IMG/VR virus record: IMGVR_UViG_3300031994_000051
Coordinates: 64,001 to 91,291 of that record
Direction: 5' to 3' (one strand)
Length of the DNA: 27,291 nt
DNA from: a virus
Lineage: Duplodnaviria; Heunggongvirae; Uroviricota; Caudoviricetes
The notes below the pieces were generated by a model that searched no databases, was not told the origin of the DNA, and saw only the letters and a list, made by a program, of their open reading frames with translations. The translations under genes were made by a program, and so were the position numbers. Shown here piece by piece: positions 1-8,802 of the stretch. Position 1 is the stretch's first letter. The number at the start of each line of letters is the position of its first letter.

Positions 1-73
1 CCCAGATTTTATCGCGGAAAATTTCCCAGAATTTTTCCCAGAATTTTTCTCGAAAAATTTTTCTGGAATTTTC

Positions 74-104
74 TTGGATCGTATTGATATTTTTCGTATC
101 TTTG
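74..104 (+). promoter_or_regulatory. Bacteroidota sigma-A-type promoter
   Basis: TTG 74-76, 20-nt spacer, TATCTTTG 97-104 (TAnnTTTG -7 consensus); no ORF before the next promoter. Confidence 0.85.
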
Positions 105-167
105 CACCGTCAAACAACAAACAGAAAGGATATTTGGAAGATACGAAAAAAAAAAACAGAAAAAAGC

Positions 168-198
168 TTGACACGTGTCGATATTTTCCGTATCTTTG
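168..198 (+). promoter_or_regulatory. Bacteroidota sigma-A-type promoter
   Basis: TTG-N20-TATCTTTG upstream of ORF 246. Confidence 0.85.
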
Positions 199-245
199 CA
201 GTGTGATTCAAAAACAAAGTATTAACCTATAAAAAACTTACAACT

Positions 246-515
246 ATGACACGGAGAAAAAACTTACTGTCGACTGAGGACGAGATAATCGTCACGGACA
301 AGATCAACAACGAGATTTACCTTACTGGGAAATTCATGGACGGGGAAGCCGATCTGAAAGACGAGAACGGAAACCCAGTCAAGATGAAATACCCAAAGTA
401 TTCTGAACTTACTGGTGAGCAGATAGAGGAAATCGAGTATTTTTGCGATCGATCGCTCATTGAGTACCAACAGGTTGCAATGGTTTTCGGGGAAGTTTTC
501 CCGACATCTTGTTAA
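246..515 (+). CDS. hypothetical protein (89 aa)
   Basis: ATG after A-rich leader directly downstream of promoter. Confidence 0.85.
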   Translation: MTRRKNLLSTEDEIIVTDKINNEIYLTGKFMDGEADLKDENGNPVKMKYPKYSELTGEQIEEIEYFCDRSLIEYQQVAMVFGEVFPTSC

Positions 516-547
516 GTATAACAATCAAAAAAGGAAAGGACAATACA

Positions 548-1201
548 ATGACACATTTCCGTACATACTGCATAGGAGACTACGACGAGAACGACCTTTG
601 CGAGAAGTTCAGCGAGTTCACGACAGTGCCACCTTATGCCGATGGCAATGTCTGTGGAGAGGACATCATGCAATTTATTGATTTTTACACAAGTGGAAAA
701 AATACAAATTGTATTAATGGAGACATCAATGTTGCACATAAACTTGGGCCAAGATCCCGTAAACTGTTTGCAGAATGGACCGATGCGAAATCCAATGGCG
801 ACACCGATCGAATGAACGCAATCGTCAAGGAATCGATCGACACTGTGTTCAAGGAGCTTTACAAAGCGTTCGGCTATGACTGGAACCATAACAAATGGAA
901 ATTCAACGATCAGGGTGTGCTGGAGAAATGGAGTACACGCAATCCCAACACTGTCTTCGACTACTATCAGGAGATCGATCAGACAACTCTCGGCGATATG
1001 GTGGATCCAGATCTTCGCATAGCCGAATCATGCGGGTTCTTCAACGGCCCAGAGAACACTTACACGAAGTTTGACTGGGTTGGATGGTTCGGAATGTCGG
1101 AAAGGGAAGTTGACAACGAAACGGCGATCGACCTTGTAAGAAAGGCGATCGAGGGACTGCCCCCAGACACACCAGTCTACACATTCGACTGCCACATTTA
1201 A
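548..1201 (+). CDS. hypothetical phage protein (217 aa)
   Basis: Start moved to ATG 548 after A-rich leader; acidic protein; followed by terminator. Confidence 0.85.
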   Translation: MTHFRTYCIGDYDENDLCEKFSEFTTVPPYADGNVCGEDIMQFIDFYTSGKNTNCINGDINVAHKLGPRSRKLFAEWTDAKSNGDTDRMNAIVKESIDTVFKELYKAFGYDWNHNKWKFNDQGVLEKWSTRNPNTVFDYYQEIDQTTLGDMVDPDLRIAESCGFFNGPENTYTKFDWVGWFGMSEREVDNETAIDLVRKAIEGLPPDTPVYTFDCHI

Positions 1202-1240
1202 CACGACTGTTTTCCATAGTCTTTATATTGCTCATTTTTG

Positions 1241-1278
1241 CCCGATCGATCACATCCCGTGACCGATCGGGTTTTTTA
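1241..1278 (+). terminator. intrinsic terminator
   Basis: CCCGATCG...CGATCGGG stem followed by T7. Confidence 0.85.
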
Positions 1279-1331
1279 TGCGACATGCACGGAGATCGTT
1301 CTTCGGGAAGGAAGTCTTCGGCCCCCAGATC

Positions 1332-1346
1332 GATCCCAATGGGATC
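1332..1346. repeat. 15-bp palindrome, variant (GATCCCAATGGGATC)
   Basis: 7-bp arms, central A. Confidence 0.8.
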
Positions 1347-1434
1347 CCTTTGCCGTGGCATCTCCAAGGTCAGGTTATCCTCACCCATTCCCATCCTGAA
1401 GAACGGATGTTAAAGGGGACTCTGTCCTGAAAAG

Positions 1435-1449
1435 GATCCCACTGGGATC
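1435..1449. repeat. 15-bp palindrome GATCCCACTGGGATC
   Basis: Exact copy between terminator and promoter. Confidence 0.95.
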
Positions 1450-1512
1450 GATTCTGTGCGGATGACATCCGACGGGTTTCTGAACCAGAATAAAATTTTT
1501 TTCGGAAAACAC

Positions 1513-1543
1513 TTGACATGTATTGATATTTTCCGTATCTTTG
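1513..1543 (+). promoter_or_regulatory. Bacteroidota sigma-A-type promoter
   Basis: TTG-N20-TATCTTTG. Confidence 0.85.
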
Positions 1544-1588
1544 CACCGTCAATTCAAAAGAAGTACAAACATATAAGACAAAAGAACT

Positions 1589-1945
1589 ATGGAAGACAAT
1601 CTGACTAAAATTGTGCCATACGGTCCGATCGATTTACACGACAATTTCACGATCAACCACATCAAGATCGAAGTGAAATATTGGGATCACAGGATCAAGG
1701 TCGACATCACACCTATCATGATCAACGATATATCATACAGTGTCCATTACGACGGAAAGCAAGAGCATCAGGGGTTCTTCGTGAACGTACTGCAATGTTC
1801 GAGAAAGTCGAACAAAAAGATGGATCTGATCGCACGCGCACTCTGGCCTTACACCGATCGAATCGTCGAGCTTTTCGGACAAGGGAAGTTCGCAGAAATC
1901 ACCAACATTATCACAGCACTCGTTAAAGACTTAAACCTTAAATAA
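1589..1945 (+). CDS. hypothetical protein (118 aa)
   Basis: ORF directly downstream of promoter. Confidence 0.85.
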   Translation: MEDNLTKIVPYGPIDLHDNFTINHIKIEVKYWDHRIKVDITPIMINDISYSVHYDGKQEHQGFFVNVLQCSRKSNKKMDLIARALWPYTDRIVELFGQGKFAEITNIITALVKDLNLK

Positions 1946-1946
1946 A

Positions 1947-2213
1947 ATGTTAGACATAGAAAGAATAATGGAGAAGATTGGCCCGCAATTGACGATCGGA
2001 GACAAGCGTACCGTCATGATCGTCCTTGATGCAGTCAACGATCAGCTTTCGGAAACGCGCACAAATGAGGATATGTTCTGCATCTATAACAAAAGCGGCA
2101 TGAGAATGTTCCAGTACGGAACAGGATCGTGGTGCCACATGAACAGGACACTGAAGAAAGCCGAGTCCGACTATCCAGACGCAGGGTTCTATGTTGGAGA
2201 AATTGACGGCTAA
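1947..2213 (+). CDS. hypothetical protein (88 aa)
   Basis: Starts 1 nt after upstream stop; followed by terminator. Confidence 0.8.
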   Translation: MLDIERIMEKIGPQLTIGDKRTVMIVLDAVNDQLSETRTNEDMFCIYNKSGMRMFQYGTGSWCHMNRTLKKAESDYPDAGFYVGEIDG

Positions 2214-2240
2214 TCCAAGAAATCGGCAGAACTCCATTCA

Positions 2241-2280
2241 GCGATCGATCACGATAATGTGATCGATCGCTTTTCTTTTT
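2241..2280 (+). terminator. intrinsic terminator
   Basis: Perfect 12-bp stem GCGATCGATCAC/GTGATCGATCGC then TTTTCTTTTT. Confidence 0.9.
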
Positions 2281-2323
2281 GTCAAAAACCTGAGAAAACC
2301 AATGGCGTGCTGGCGTTGGTTAG

Positions 2324-2338
2324 GATCCCACTGGGATC
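2324..2338. repeat. 15-bp palindrome GATCCCACTGGGATC
   Basis: Exact copy. Confidence 0.95.
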
Positions 2339-2439
2339 GATCTGGACGGATCCGTCTTCAAAAGTATCCTTCTGATTTTCAGCAAATTAATTTCCAGAAA
2401 TTTTTTTGAAACTTTTTTGAAAAATTTTCGGAAAAAAGC

Positions 2440-2469
2440 TTGCCAGTTCGGGAATTTTTCGTATCTTTG
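2440..2469 (+). promoter_or_regulatory. Bacteroidota sigma-A-type promoter
   Basis: TTG-N19-TATCTTTG. Confidence 0.8.
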
Positions 2470-2515
2470 CATCGTCAAACAAAGAAAAAGACATTAACCA
2501 ATAAAAGAAAACACT

Positions 2516-3346
2516 ATGGAAAATTACAAGAAAGCATTGGAACAGGTAGGGATCGCCTATTTAGGAGGGTTGAAACACTCGGCAAAGATGATGAAGTCGT
2601 TCAAGAAGAAGGTTGCCACGTATTGCATATACCTTGCGCCTGCCGATCTTGCTGGACGGACTGCAAAGGGTACGCGGATCAACGTATGCCCGAAATCGCA
2701 GCACTGTAAAGCGTTGTGCCTGAACTCGTCTGGCCACAACAAGGCCGACATCCTCCACAGGGGGATCAAGCAATCGACCATCAACCAGTGCAGGATCAGG
2801 AAGACCCGCCTGTTCTACAACGATCGTAACCTGTTCATGGAGATCATGATACACGAGATCGAGAGGAGCCGCAAGTATGCGGAGAGTCACGGAATGGAGT
2901 TCTCGATCCGAATCAACGGAACGAGCGATCTGTCCCCAGAGCTGTTCCGCTACAACGGAAAGAACATACTGGATATGTACCCAGACGTTCAGTTCTACGA
3001 TTATACCAAGGTTTTCAGCCGTACAAAGCTGCAAGGTCTTTATCCAAACTATGACATAACATTCAGCTTCGACGGGTACAACTGGGAAGATTGTGAAACC
3101 TACCTGAACCGTGGCGGGAAGGTGGCGATCGTATTCGACTCGGAAACCATGCCCAAGACCTACAAGGGGTTCAAGGTGATCGACGCAAACGGATATGATA
3201 TGCGCTACATGGATCCTAAGGGTTGCATCATGGGTCTGGAGTTCCATCCGATAGCCATAGGCGGGAAGGTCTGTCACGCCAAGGAAATCGACGATCCCTT
3301 CATCGTGAAAACCGAAAACAACCCAGACGTGGATTTCGGCCTGTAA
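2516..3346 (+). CDS. phage Cys-cluster protein, GP88-like / radical-SAM-like (276 aa)
   Basis: Motifs YLAP, CPKSQHCKALCL (CX5CX3C), RINGTSD, FYDYTK resemble a widespread phage family; ORF certain, family tentative. Confidence 0.6.
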   Translation: MENYKKALEQVGIAYLGGLKHSAKMMKSFKKKVATYCIYLAPADLAGRTAKGTRINVCPKSQHCKALCLNSSGHNKADILHRGIKQSTINQCRIRKTRLFYNDRNLFMEIMIHEIERSRKYAESHGMEFSIRINGTSDLSPELFRYNGKNILDMYPDVQFYDYTKVFSRTKLQGLYPNYDITFSFDGYNWEDCETYLNRGGKVAIVFDSETMPKTYKGFKVIDANGYDMRYMDPKGCIMGLEFHPIAIGGKVCHAKEIDDPFIVKTENNPDVDFGL

Positions 3347-3368
3347 CGGGGGATAAAAACGGAAACGC

Positions 3369-3405
3369 GGGCGATCGGTCACATTGTGATCGGTCGCCCT
3401 TTTTG
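3369..3405 (+). terminator. intrinsic terminator
   Basis: 14-bp stem (with G-U pairs) GGGCGATCGGTCAC/GTGATCGGTCGCCC plus T tract. Confidence 0.85.
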
Positions 3406-3465
3406 TTTTTTCATGGAACTGGATCGATCGGACGAAGGAGATAGCGGATAGCGGAAAGCTGTATG

Positions 3466-3480
3466 GATCCCACTGGGATC
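3466..3480. repeat. 15-bp palindrome GATCCCACTGGGATC
   Basis: Exact copy; extends to 17 bp with flanking G/C. Confidence 0.95.
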
Positions 3481-3576
3481 CTGACTGGACGGATGGAACC
3501 TTTCTCTGGGTTTTCTTCCAGATTTTTCCCGAAAAAAGATCGAGAAAAATTCCAGAAAATTTTTTCAAGAATTTTC

Positions 3577-3607
3577 TTGGATCGTATTGATATTTTTCGT
3601 ATCTTTG
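3577..3607 (+). promoter_or_regulatory. Bacteroidota sigma-A-type promoter
   Basis: TTG-N20-TATCTTTG. Confidence 0.85.
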
Positions 3608-3661
3608 CATCGTCAAATAAAAACAGAGATATTAACCAATAAAAAGAAAGGAAAACAAACC

Positions 3662-3949
3662 ATGGGAAAAAAGATTATCAGAGCAAACGACGCCGACAAC
3701 TGCGAATCGATCATGATTACATTAACACGGGAAAAATACCCGATCGCCTTCAAAGCTAAGTTAGAAGAGCTTATGGAAGAAGGCGCGTTTGAAACGGAAG
3801 ACGAAGCGATCGACTGGATCGAGTCCAACCCGATCGAATTGGAAATCTATTATGAAAAGGGGTATGGCCTTTTCGCCGTGGAATCCGAAGCCGTGGAGAG
3901 CAACGGGACATATTCCCCCTACACAAAATCCGAGATTGTTTGCGATTAA
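3662..3949 (+). CDS. hypothetical acidic protein (95 aa)
   Basis: Start moved to ATG 3662 downstream of promoter. Confidence 0.85.
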   Translation: MGKKIIRANDADNCESIMITLTREKYPIAFKAKLEELMEEGAFETEDEAIDWIESNPIELEIYYEKGYGLFAVESEAVESNGTYSPYTKSEIVCD

Positions 3950-3964
3950 GAAAGGAGAAATGTC

Positions 3965-4360
3965 ATGGGTTACAGATTACATGTGGTAAAACGACAGGAA
4001 CGGTTCGGGGACATCGAGGCGTTCAACTGGAAAAACAACGAGTTCGCGGATCTTCTCACAACGATCGGCTGCGACATCTGCGGTGACGAGCCATACGATC
4101 GATTCGAGTGCCTGAAGTCCGAATTCAGGAAAGCGATCGGCATCGTCAAGCTCTATTCAGAGAAAGACAGTCTGACGGAAGAAGACCTTTCCGCGACAGG
4201 GATCGATCCAGGCTGTTTTGACATCGACGACATCAATGAAATTCTATCAAAAACAAAGGACGAACTTGGGTACACCCCGACAGAGCTTGTCAGGGTCATG
4301 GAGCAGTTCCTTTCGGAATCCGATCCAGATGGTGACTATATCATTTTCGTCGCTTGGTAA
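3965..4360 (+). CDS. hypothetical acidic protein (131 aa)
   Basis: Second ORF of the operon. Confidence 0.85.
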   Translation: MGYRLHVVKRQERFGDIEAFNWKNNEFADLLTTIGCDICGDEPYDRFECLKSEFRKAIGIVKLYSEKDSLTEEDLSATGIDPGCFDIDDINEILSKTKDELGYTPTELVRVMEQFLSESDPDGDYIIFVAW

Positions 4361-4392
4361 AAACGGAAAAAATAACTTAAAACAAGACAATC

Positions 4393-4731
4393 ATGGAAAC
4401 GCAAAGACCTTATACACATGAAGAGTACAAAATCGCCCTTAACGCCACGCACGACTTCCACACAAGATGCTACGAGACCGTAAGGGAATATCTCGAAGGC
4501 CATGGGATGATCAAGATCGATCCAGACCAGTACGATGAATGGAGATTCGATTTCCTTGAATACGATGAAACCATGACAGTGCATGAGATTTGTTTAGACG
4601 ATGACATATATTTTGTGTGCTACACATACAACGGAGATCAATATATTGTCGATTGGTGCCAGATCAACCACGACATGGTAATCACGGAGATGATCATGGA
4701 TCTCGTCTATAAACTTTCGGAAGAAGAATAA
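4393..4731 (+). CDS. hypothetical acidic protein (112 aa)
   Basis: Third ORF, followed by terminator. Confidence 0.85.
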   Translation: METQRPYTHEEYKIALNATHDFHTRCYETVREYLEGHGMIKIDPDQYDEWRFDFLEYDETMTVHEICLDDDIYFVCYTYNGDQYIVDWCQINHDMVITEMIMDLVYKLSEEE

Positions 4732-4760
4732 ACACTTTTGACACGCTTACTTTTCGCTTG

Positions 4761-4800
4761 GGGCGATCGATTACAATCTGGATCGATCGCCCTTCTTTTT
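4761..4800 (+). terminator. intrinsic terminator
   Basis: GGGCGATCGAT/ATCGATCGCCC stem plus TTCTTTTT. Confidence 0.85.
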
Positions 4801-4847
4801 TACCTTGATTTTGGAAATGAACTTCAGCGGGTATCCGCATGGCGATC

Positions 4848-4862
4848 GATCCCAGTGGGATC
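4848..4862. repeat. 15-bp palindrome GATCCCAGTGGGATC
   Basis: Exact copy, opposite orientation of the central base. Confidence 0.95.
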
Positions 4863-4929
4863 TTTTCCCAGAGATTATTTCCCAGAATTTTTCTTGGAAT
4901 TTTTCTTGAAATTTTTTTCGGGATTTTTC

Positions 4930-4960
4930 TTGGATCGTATTGATATTTTTCGTATCTTTG
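4930..4960 (+). promoter_or_regulatory. Bacteroidota sigma-A-type promoter
   Basis: TTG-N20-TATCTTTG. Confidence 0.85.
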
Positions 4961-5007
4961 CAGCGTCAAAACAAAACAGGAATATTAACCATTAAAAAGA
5001 AAAGACT

Positions 5008-5775
5008 ATGCCAAACTATGTTAGAGCAAGAATCACGGTCAGTGGTGACCAGAAGATGATCGATCAGCTTGTCGATCACGTCAAAACCACATTCACAGAA
5101 AACGGGAAGGAAACCGTAATCCCGTTCGATTTCAACAAGATTATCCCTATGCCAGAGTCTTTGGACATCATTGACAGCTCAGACGGGCATAACGGGATGA
5201 AATATCTCCTTCTGAACGGCAAGTCGAGCGTCGGGGTCACAGGGGATGATTTCGCGTTCCTTCAGGAAATGGACAAGATCAGGAAAACAGATCCGAAAAG
5301 GTTCGACGATATGATCGATCTTGGTCGAAAGTACCTGCATAATATCGCGGAACACGGATTTCCGACTTGGTACGGATGGAGAGCCAAGAACTGGGGGACA
5401 AAATGGAATGCGTGTGACACCCAGACGGACGGTAACGGTTGTTTCGAGTTCGACACGGCATGGGCTTTCCCTTTCCCAGTGATCGAGAAGCTTGCCGAAA
5501 TGTATCCAGACCTTGACATCGACTTCATATATGCCGACGAGGACTGCGGATGCAATACGGGGGAAGGGACATTCTCTGGTGGCGAGATCGTCGAAGAGGA
5601 ATACCCAGATCCATGCACTGAAAGCGCATACGAAATCTATGACGAGTGCTGGCAGAATGAGTTCTTCTACAAGGATCCAGACGGGGAATGGAGATGGCAC
5701 GACGACATCAAGGAAGACTCAGACGGCATAGAGGAAAGCACAGACCCGATCAGCGGTGTTCTCGAAACCGAATAG
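5008..5775 (+). CDS. YubB-like / DUF1281_C ferredoxin-like domain protein (255 aa)
   Basis: Characteristic motifs MPNYV, FDFNKIIPMP, WRAKNWGTKWNA, FDTAWAFP, IYADED. Confidence 0.8.
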   Translation: MPNYVRARITVSGDQKMIDQLVDHVKTTFTENGKETVIPFDFNKIIPMPESLDIIDSSDGHNGMKYLLLNGKSSVGVTGDDFAFLQEMDKIRKTDPKRFDDMIDLGRKYLHNIAEHGFPTWYGWRAKNWGTKWNACDTQTDGNGCFEFDTAWAFPFPVIEKLAEMYPDLDIDFIYADEDCGCNTGEGTFSGGEIVEEEYPDPCTESAYEIYDECWQNEFFYKDPDGEWRWHDDIKEDSDGIEESTDPISGVLETE

Positions 5776-5804
5776 CTGAACTGGCCTGACTGCCCAGCAA
5801 GGCA

Positions 5805-5850
5805 AAGGCGATCGATCCTTATAATGTGATCGATCGCCTTTTTTCTTTTT
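5805..5850 (+). terminator. intrinsic terminator
   Basis: 13-bp stem AAGGCGATCGATC/GATCGATCGCCTT plus T tract. Confidence 0.9.
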
Positions 5851-5897
5851 TGTTCATAAGACGCTTGCATGATGATATGATGCGGGGGCCTTCGATC

Positions 5898-5912
5898 GAT
5901 CCCACTGGGATC
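5898..5912. repeat. 15-bp palindrome GATCCCACTGGGATC
   Basis: Exact copy. Confidence 0.95.
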
Positions 5913-5990
5913 CTTTCCACTGGAAAACTTTTGGGTTTTATTCTGGAATTTCTTTCAATAAATATCAAAGAAATTTTTATGGATTTTTTC

Positions 5991-6021
5991 TTGGATGTTT
6001 CTCGGAAAATCCGTATCTTTG
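5991..6021 (+). promoter_or_regulatory. Bacteroidota sigma-A-type promoter
   Basis: TTG-N20-TATCTTTG. Confidence 0.8.
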
Positions 6022-6042
6022 CAAAATCAAAAAAGTTACATT

Positions 6043-6429
6043 ATGGGACAGACATATAGCGTGAGCATGAACGTAAGGTTCAGGGACGAGGAAAAGGCTA
6101 AGGAGGCCTTGCAGAGGAAAATAGGAATGGCAAAGGTTGAACACACAAATTACAACCTCGAGCATTTCAAGGAACTTGGAATAGGGACGGACACATTGCC
6201 CGATCTCATGGGGATATTCTTCGGGGGATGGAAAGGTGTCCTTAACTCAACACCAGCTGGATACCTGTATGCCGACTTCGATGCGAGCTATGGTTGGGAA
6301 AGTGTGATGATGGAGGCTTTCGAGGATATATCACCGTTCCTTGAGGATGGATCGTTCATCAAGATCTGGCCAGACTATGGATGCGACTACGGCATTGTCG
6401 AGAACGGCACTTGCGTTTGGAGGGAATGA
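6043..6429 (+). CDS. hypothetical protein (128 aa)
   Basis: Start moved to ATG 6043 downstream of promoter. Confidence 0.85.
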   Translation: MGQTYSVSMNVRFRDEEKAKEALQRKIGMAKVEHTNYNLEHFKELGIGTDTLPDLMGIFFGGWKGVLNSTPAGYLYADFDASYGWESVMMEAFEDISPFLEDGSFIKIWPDYGCDYGIVENGTCVWRE

Positions 6430-6470
6430 ACTTGGAATAACAGTTATTGTTTATTATATTTTTCTTTTTT

Positions 6471-6508
6471 CTGGGCTTCCACTTGTCTTAGGGGGAGTCC
6501 AGTTTTTG
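6471..6508 (+). terminator. probable intrinsic terminator
   Basis: CTGGGCTTCC...GGAGTCCAG stem with G-U pairs, then TTTTT. Confidence 0.65.
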
Positions 6509-6576
6509 TTTGGATCGATCGGAGGTCAGCCATATCGGTTCCCGTTACTGGACAGCGTATGGCTGGGTCCGTCATG

Positions 6577-6591
6577 GATCCCACTTGGATC
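6577..6591. repeat. 15-bp palindrome, variant (GATCCCACTTGGATC)
   Basis: One mismatch; same position upstream of promoter. Confidence 0.8.
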
Positions 6592-6660
6592 GATCGTGCT
6601 GGGCGTCCACACTTAATCATGGGAACTTATCCGACACAGGAAATTTTTCTTTGGTTTTTC

Positions 6661-6691
6661 TTGGATCGTATTGATATTTTTCGTATCTTTG
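6661..6691 (+). promoter_or_regulatory. Bacteroidota sigma-A-type promoter
   Basis: TTG-N20-TATCTTTG. Confidence 0.85.
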
Positions 6692-6744
6692 CACCGTCAA
6701 TTCAAAACAGATACACTAACAACCATTAAAAAAGGGAACAAGAC

Positions 6745-7692
6745 ATGGAAACAACAGAGAAGGTTTCAAGGAGAATCAAACGGATGTACGGTTCCGCTGC
6801 GCTTTATTACGTCAGAATGTACTATGCGGAACGCGAGATCGACATCCTGAAATGCGACAAGGGCAGCGACGAGCTTGCGGCTATAAGGATTGCCGTAAAG
6901 ACAGCCAACAAGATGACATACAAAAAAATACCAACCGATCAGGCTTCTCTGAGGGATTTCTTCGCCGACAGATATAAGGACGAGATGAGAAGGAAGTCGA
7001 TCGAGGATAAGGAGAGAAGGGAGTCCGAAGAGATCCTCAACTCGATCGAAGGTTTTCTTTCCATAGAGGATGGCGCGAACTCCTATGTCCCGAAAGGAAG
7101 ATACGGGAAGGAGAACCGTATCGAGGTCAGCGAGGAAAAGGATTACAACGGGTATTCCAGAAGTTGCAAGTTCACGATGATTCGTAGGCGGGTCATAATC
7201 ACAATCAAGAGGGGGTACACGCTCCACAATGTCGGCGGTCTTATGACATTCGTAAAGGGGGAGAAGATCGATCGTTCTGGAATGGGCTGTGAATGGGCTG
7301 TTCAGGGAAGATCATACTCCGATGTTGTTATGCACAAGGGCTATCTGGTGAAGGGGGAGCATATAGAGGCGAAAAGCCTTGCTGAGGCAAGACGCATCAA
7401 TTCAGAGCATCGGGGAAAGATTCTTGCCAAGTTGCTTGAAGACAAGTCGAAAAGGGAAAAGCTGGAAAGTTCAGCAAAGAAAGTGGCCGTCACCGTTAAT
7501 GACAGTCTGGACAGCGGGAACTGTATGTTCGGGACAATGGATTTCAAGGGCAAGGTAGAAAGGGTTCTCGGACACACGATCGATCATCTCTCTGGGGATC
7601 TTGTCTTGAAGTACGGGAAGGTTTTCCATGTCGAAAGTTACGCGGAAAAAGCCGTGAGGGAGGCCATAAGAAAATCAGGGAAAAATAAATGA
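6745..7692 (+). CDS. hypothetical basic phage protein (315 aa)
   Basis: Long ORF after promoter; C-terminal DSLDSGNCMFGT motif. Confidence 0.88.
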   Translation: METTEKVSRRIKRMYGSAALYYVRMYYAEREIDILKCDKGSDELAAIRIAVKTANKMTYKKIPTDQASLRDFFADRYKDEMRRKSIEDKERRESEEILNSIEGFLSIEDGANSYVPKGRYGKENRIEVSEEKDYNGYSRSCKFTMIRRRVIITIKRGYTLHNVGGLMTFVKGEKIDRSGMGCEWAVQGRSYSDVVMHKGYLVKGEHIEAKSLAEARRINSEHRGKILAKLLEDKSKREKLESSAKKVAVTVNDSLDSGNCMFGTMDFKGKVERVLGHTIDHLSGDLVLKYGKVFHVESYAEKAVREAIRKSGKNK

Positions 7693-7701
7693 AGATTTTT
7701 C

Positions 7702-7732
7702 TTGGATAATATCTGGAAAATTCGTATCTTTG
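7702..7732 (+). promoter_or_regulatory. Bacteroidota sigma-A-type promoter
   Basis: TTG-N20-TATCTTTG just after upstream stop. Confidence 0.8.
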
Positions 7733-7758
7733 CACCGTCAAAACAAACGAGAAAAAAA

Positions 7759-8022
7759 ATGGAAGAGAAAAACAGAATAACAGGAAGGTATTTAGAGACA
7801 GCGAAATGCAGGACAATCATCTCGATAGAGACGAAGGACTGCGTGGAGATCCGTGAGATCAACGACACGATAGATAGATCAGCCGATCAAGGATTGATTT
7901 CCGCTCGGATAACAGTCATTGACACAACAGCAGGACACAGAATCGCATGGTATTTCAAACATTTGGGATATGACGCAAAATACGATGCCGTGACAAAATA
8001 CCTGTCAATATCATGGGAATGA
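7759..8022 (+). CDS. hypothetical protein (87 aa)
   Basis: Start moved from TTG 7702 (the promoter -33 box) to ATG 7759. Confidence 0.8.
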   Translation: MEEKNRITGRYLETAKCRTIISIETKDCVEIREINDTIDRSADQGLISARITVIDTTAGHRIAWYFKHLGYDAKYDAVTKYLSISWE

Positions 8023-8047
8023 ATATAAACAGTAAAACGATAAAATC

Positions 8048-8485
8048 ATGGAAAAGAGAAAAGTTACATTAAAGAGAAAGGGTAAGGAAAACAACAGAAT
8101 CATCAGCACATTAGATGAACTGAAGGACCTTTTCGGAATATTCGTCGGGACAATCGTCTGTGGCAACTCCGACGGGGAACCATGCGGAACAGACGATGGA
8201 AAATCCACACTGCACACGATGGATTTCGACACACCCCAGTGGTACGGATCGATCGAGGTCTGTGGGCTGGAATGTGTCAAGATCGGATCGGAGATCGACA
8301 GTAACGCAAGGGTTTTCGTCAAGCAGAGGGGCAAAGACGGCCTGTGCGGAATCCTGATACCGTTGAAGGATATTCCGATCGAGACGATTTCCGAGCTTGC
8401 CGTCGATCTCTCAGAGACATTCGGATACGGGGACACCATCAACCTTGTGTTCTCCGACTGTGTCAGCGACATCACCCATATTTGA
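8048..8485 (+). CDS. hypothetical protein (145 aa)
   Basis: ORF with A-rich leader. Confidence 0.82.
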   Translation: MEKRKVTLKRKGKENNRIISTLDELKDLFGIFVGTIVCGNSDGEPCGTDDGKSTLHTMDFDTPQWYGSIEVCGLECVKIGSEIDSNARVFVKQRGKDGLCGILIPLKDIPIETISELAVDLSETFGYGDTINLVFSDCVSDITHI

Positions 8486-8512
8486 TAAAATTGTTTCCAT
8501 AGTTTTTGTTTT

Positions 8513-8548
8513 CCAGCCGATCCTGCCATTGGGTCGGCTGGTTTTTTG
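8513..8548 (+). terminator. intrinsic terminator
   Basis: CCAGCCGATCC/GGGTCGGCTGG stem plus T6. Confidence 0.85.
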
Positions 8549-8596
8549 TTTCCAGAAAACAAGTTCTGAACTTCAGCGGGTACCCGCAGGACGATC

Positions 8597-8611
8597 GATC
8601 CCACTGGGATC
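8597..8611. repeat. 15-bp palindrome GATCCCACTGGGATC
   Basis: Exact copy. Confidence 0.95.
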
Positions 8612-8745
8612 CTGTTACAGTGCGAAGATCGATTATTCTTGCCGTGAAATTTATAACAGTTACAAGAATTTTTACAAGAAAAAATATGTAAATTATTGTG
8701 GATTAAATTGTTGAAAATTTCATAGAAAATAAATGAAGATTTTTC

Positions 8746-8776
8746 TTGGATCGTATCGGTATTTTTCGTATCTTTG
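8746..8776 (+). promoter_or_regulatory. Bacteroidota sigma-A-type promoter
   Basis: TTG-N20-TATCTTTG. Confidence 0.85.
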
Positions 8777-8802
8777 CAGCGTAATTCAAAAACAGAACAG
8801 CC

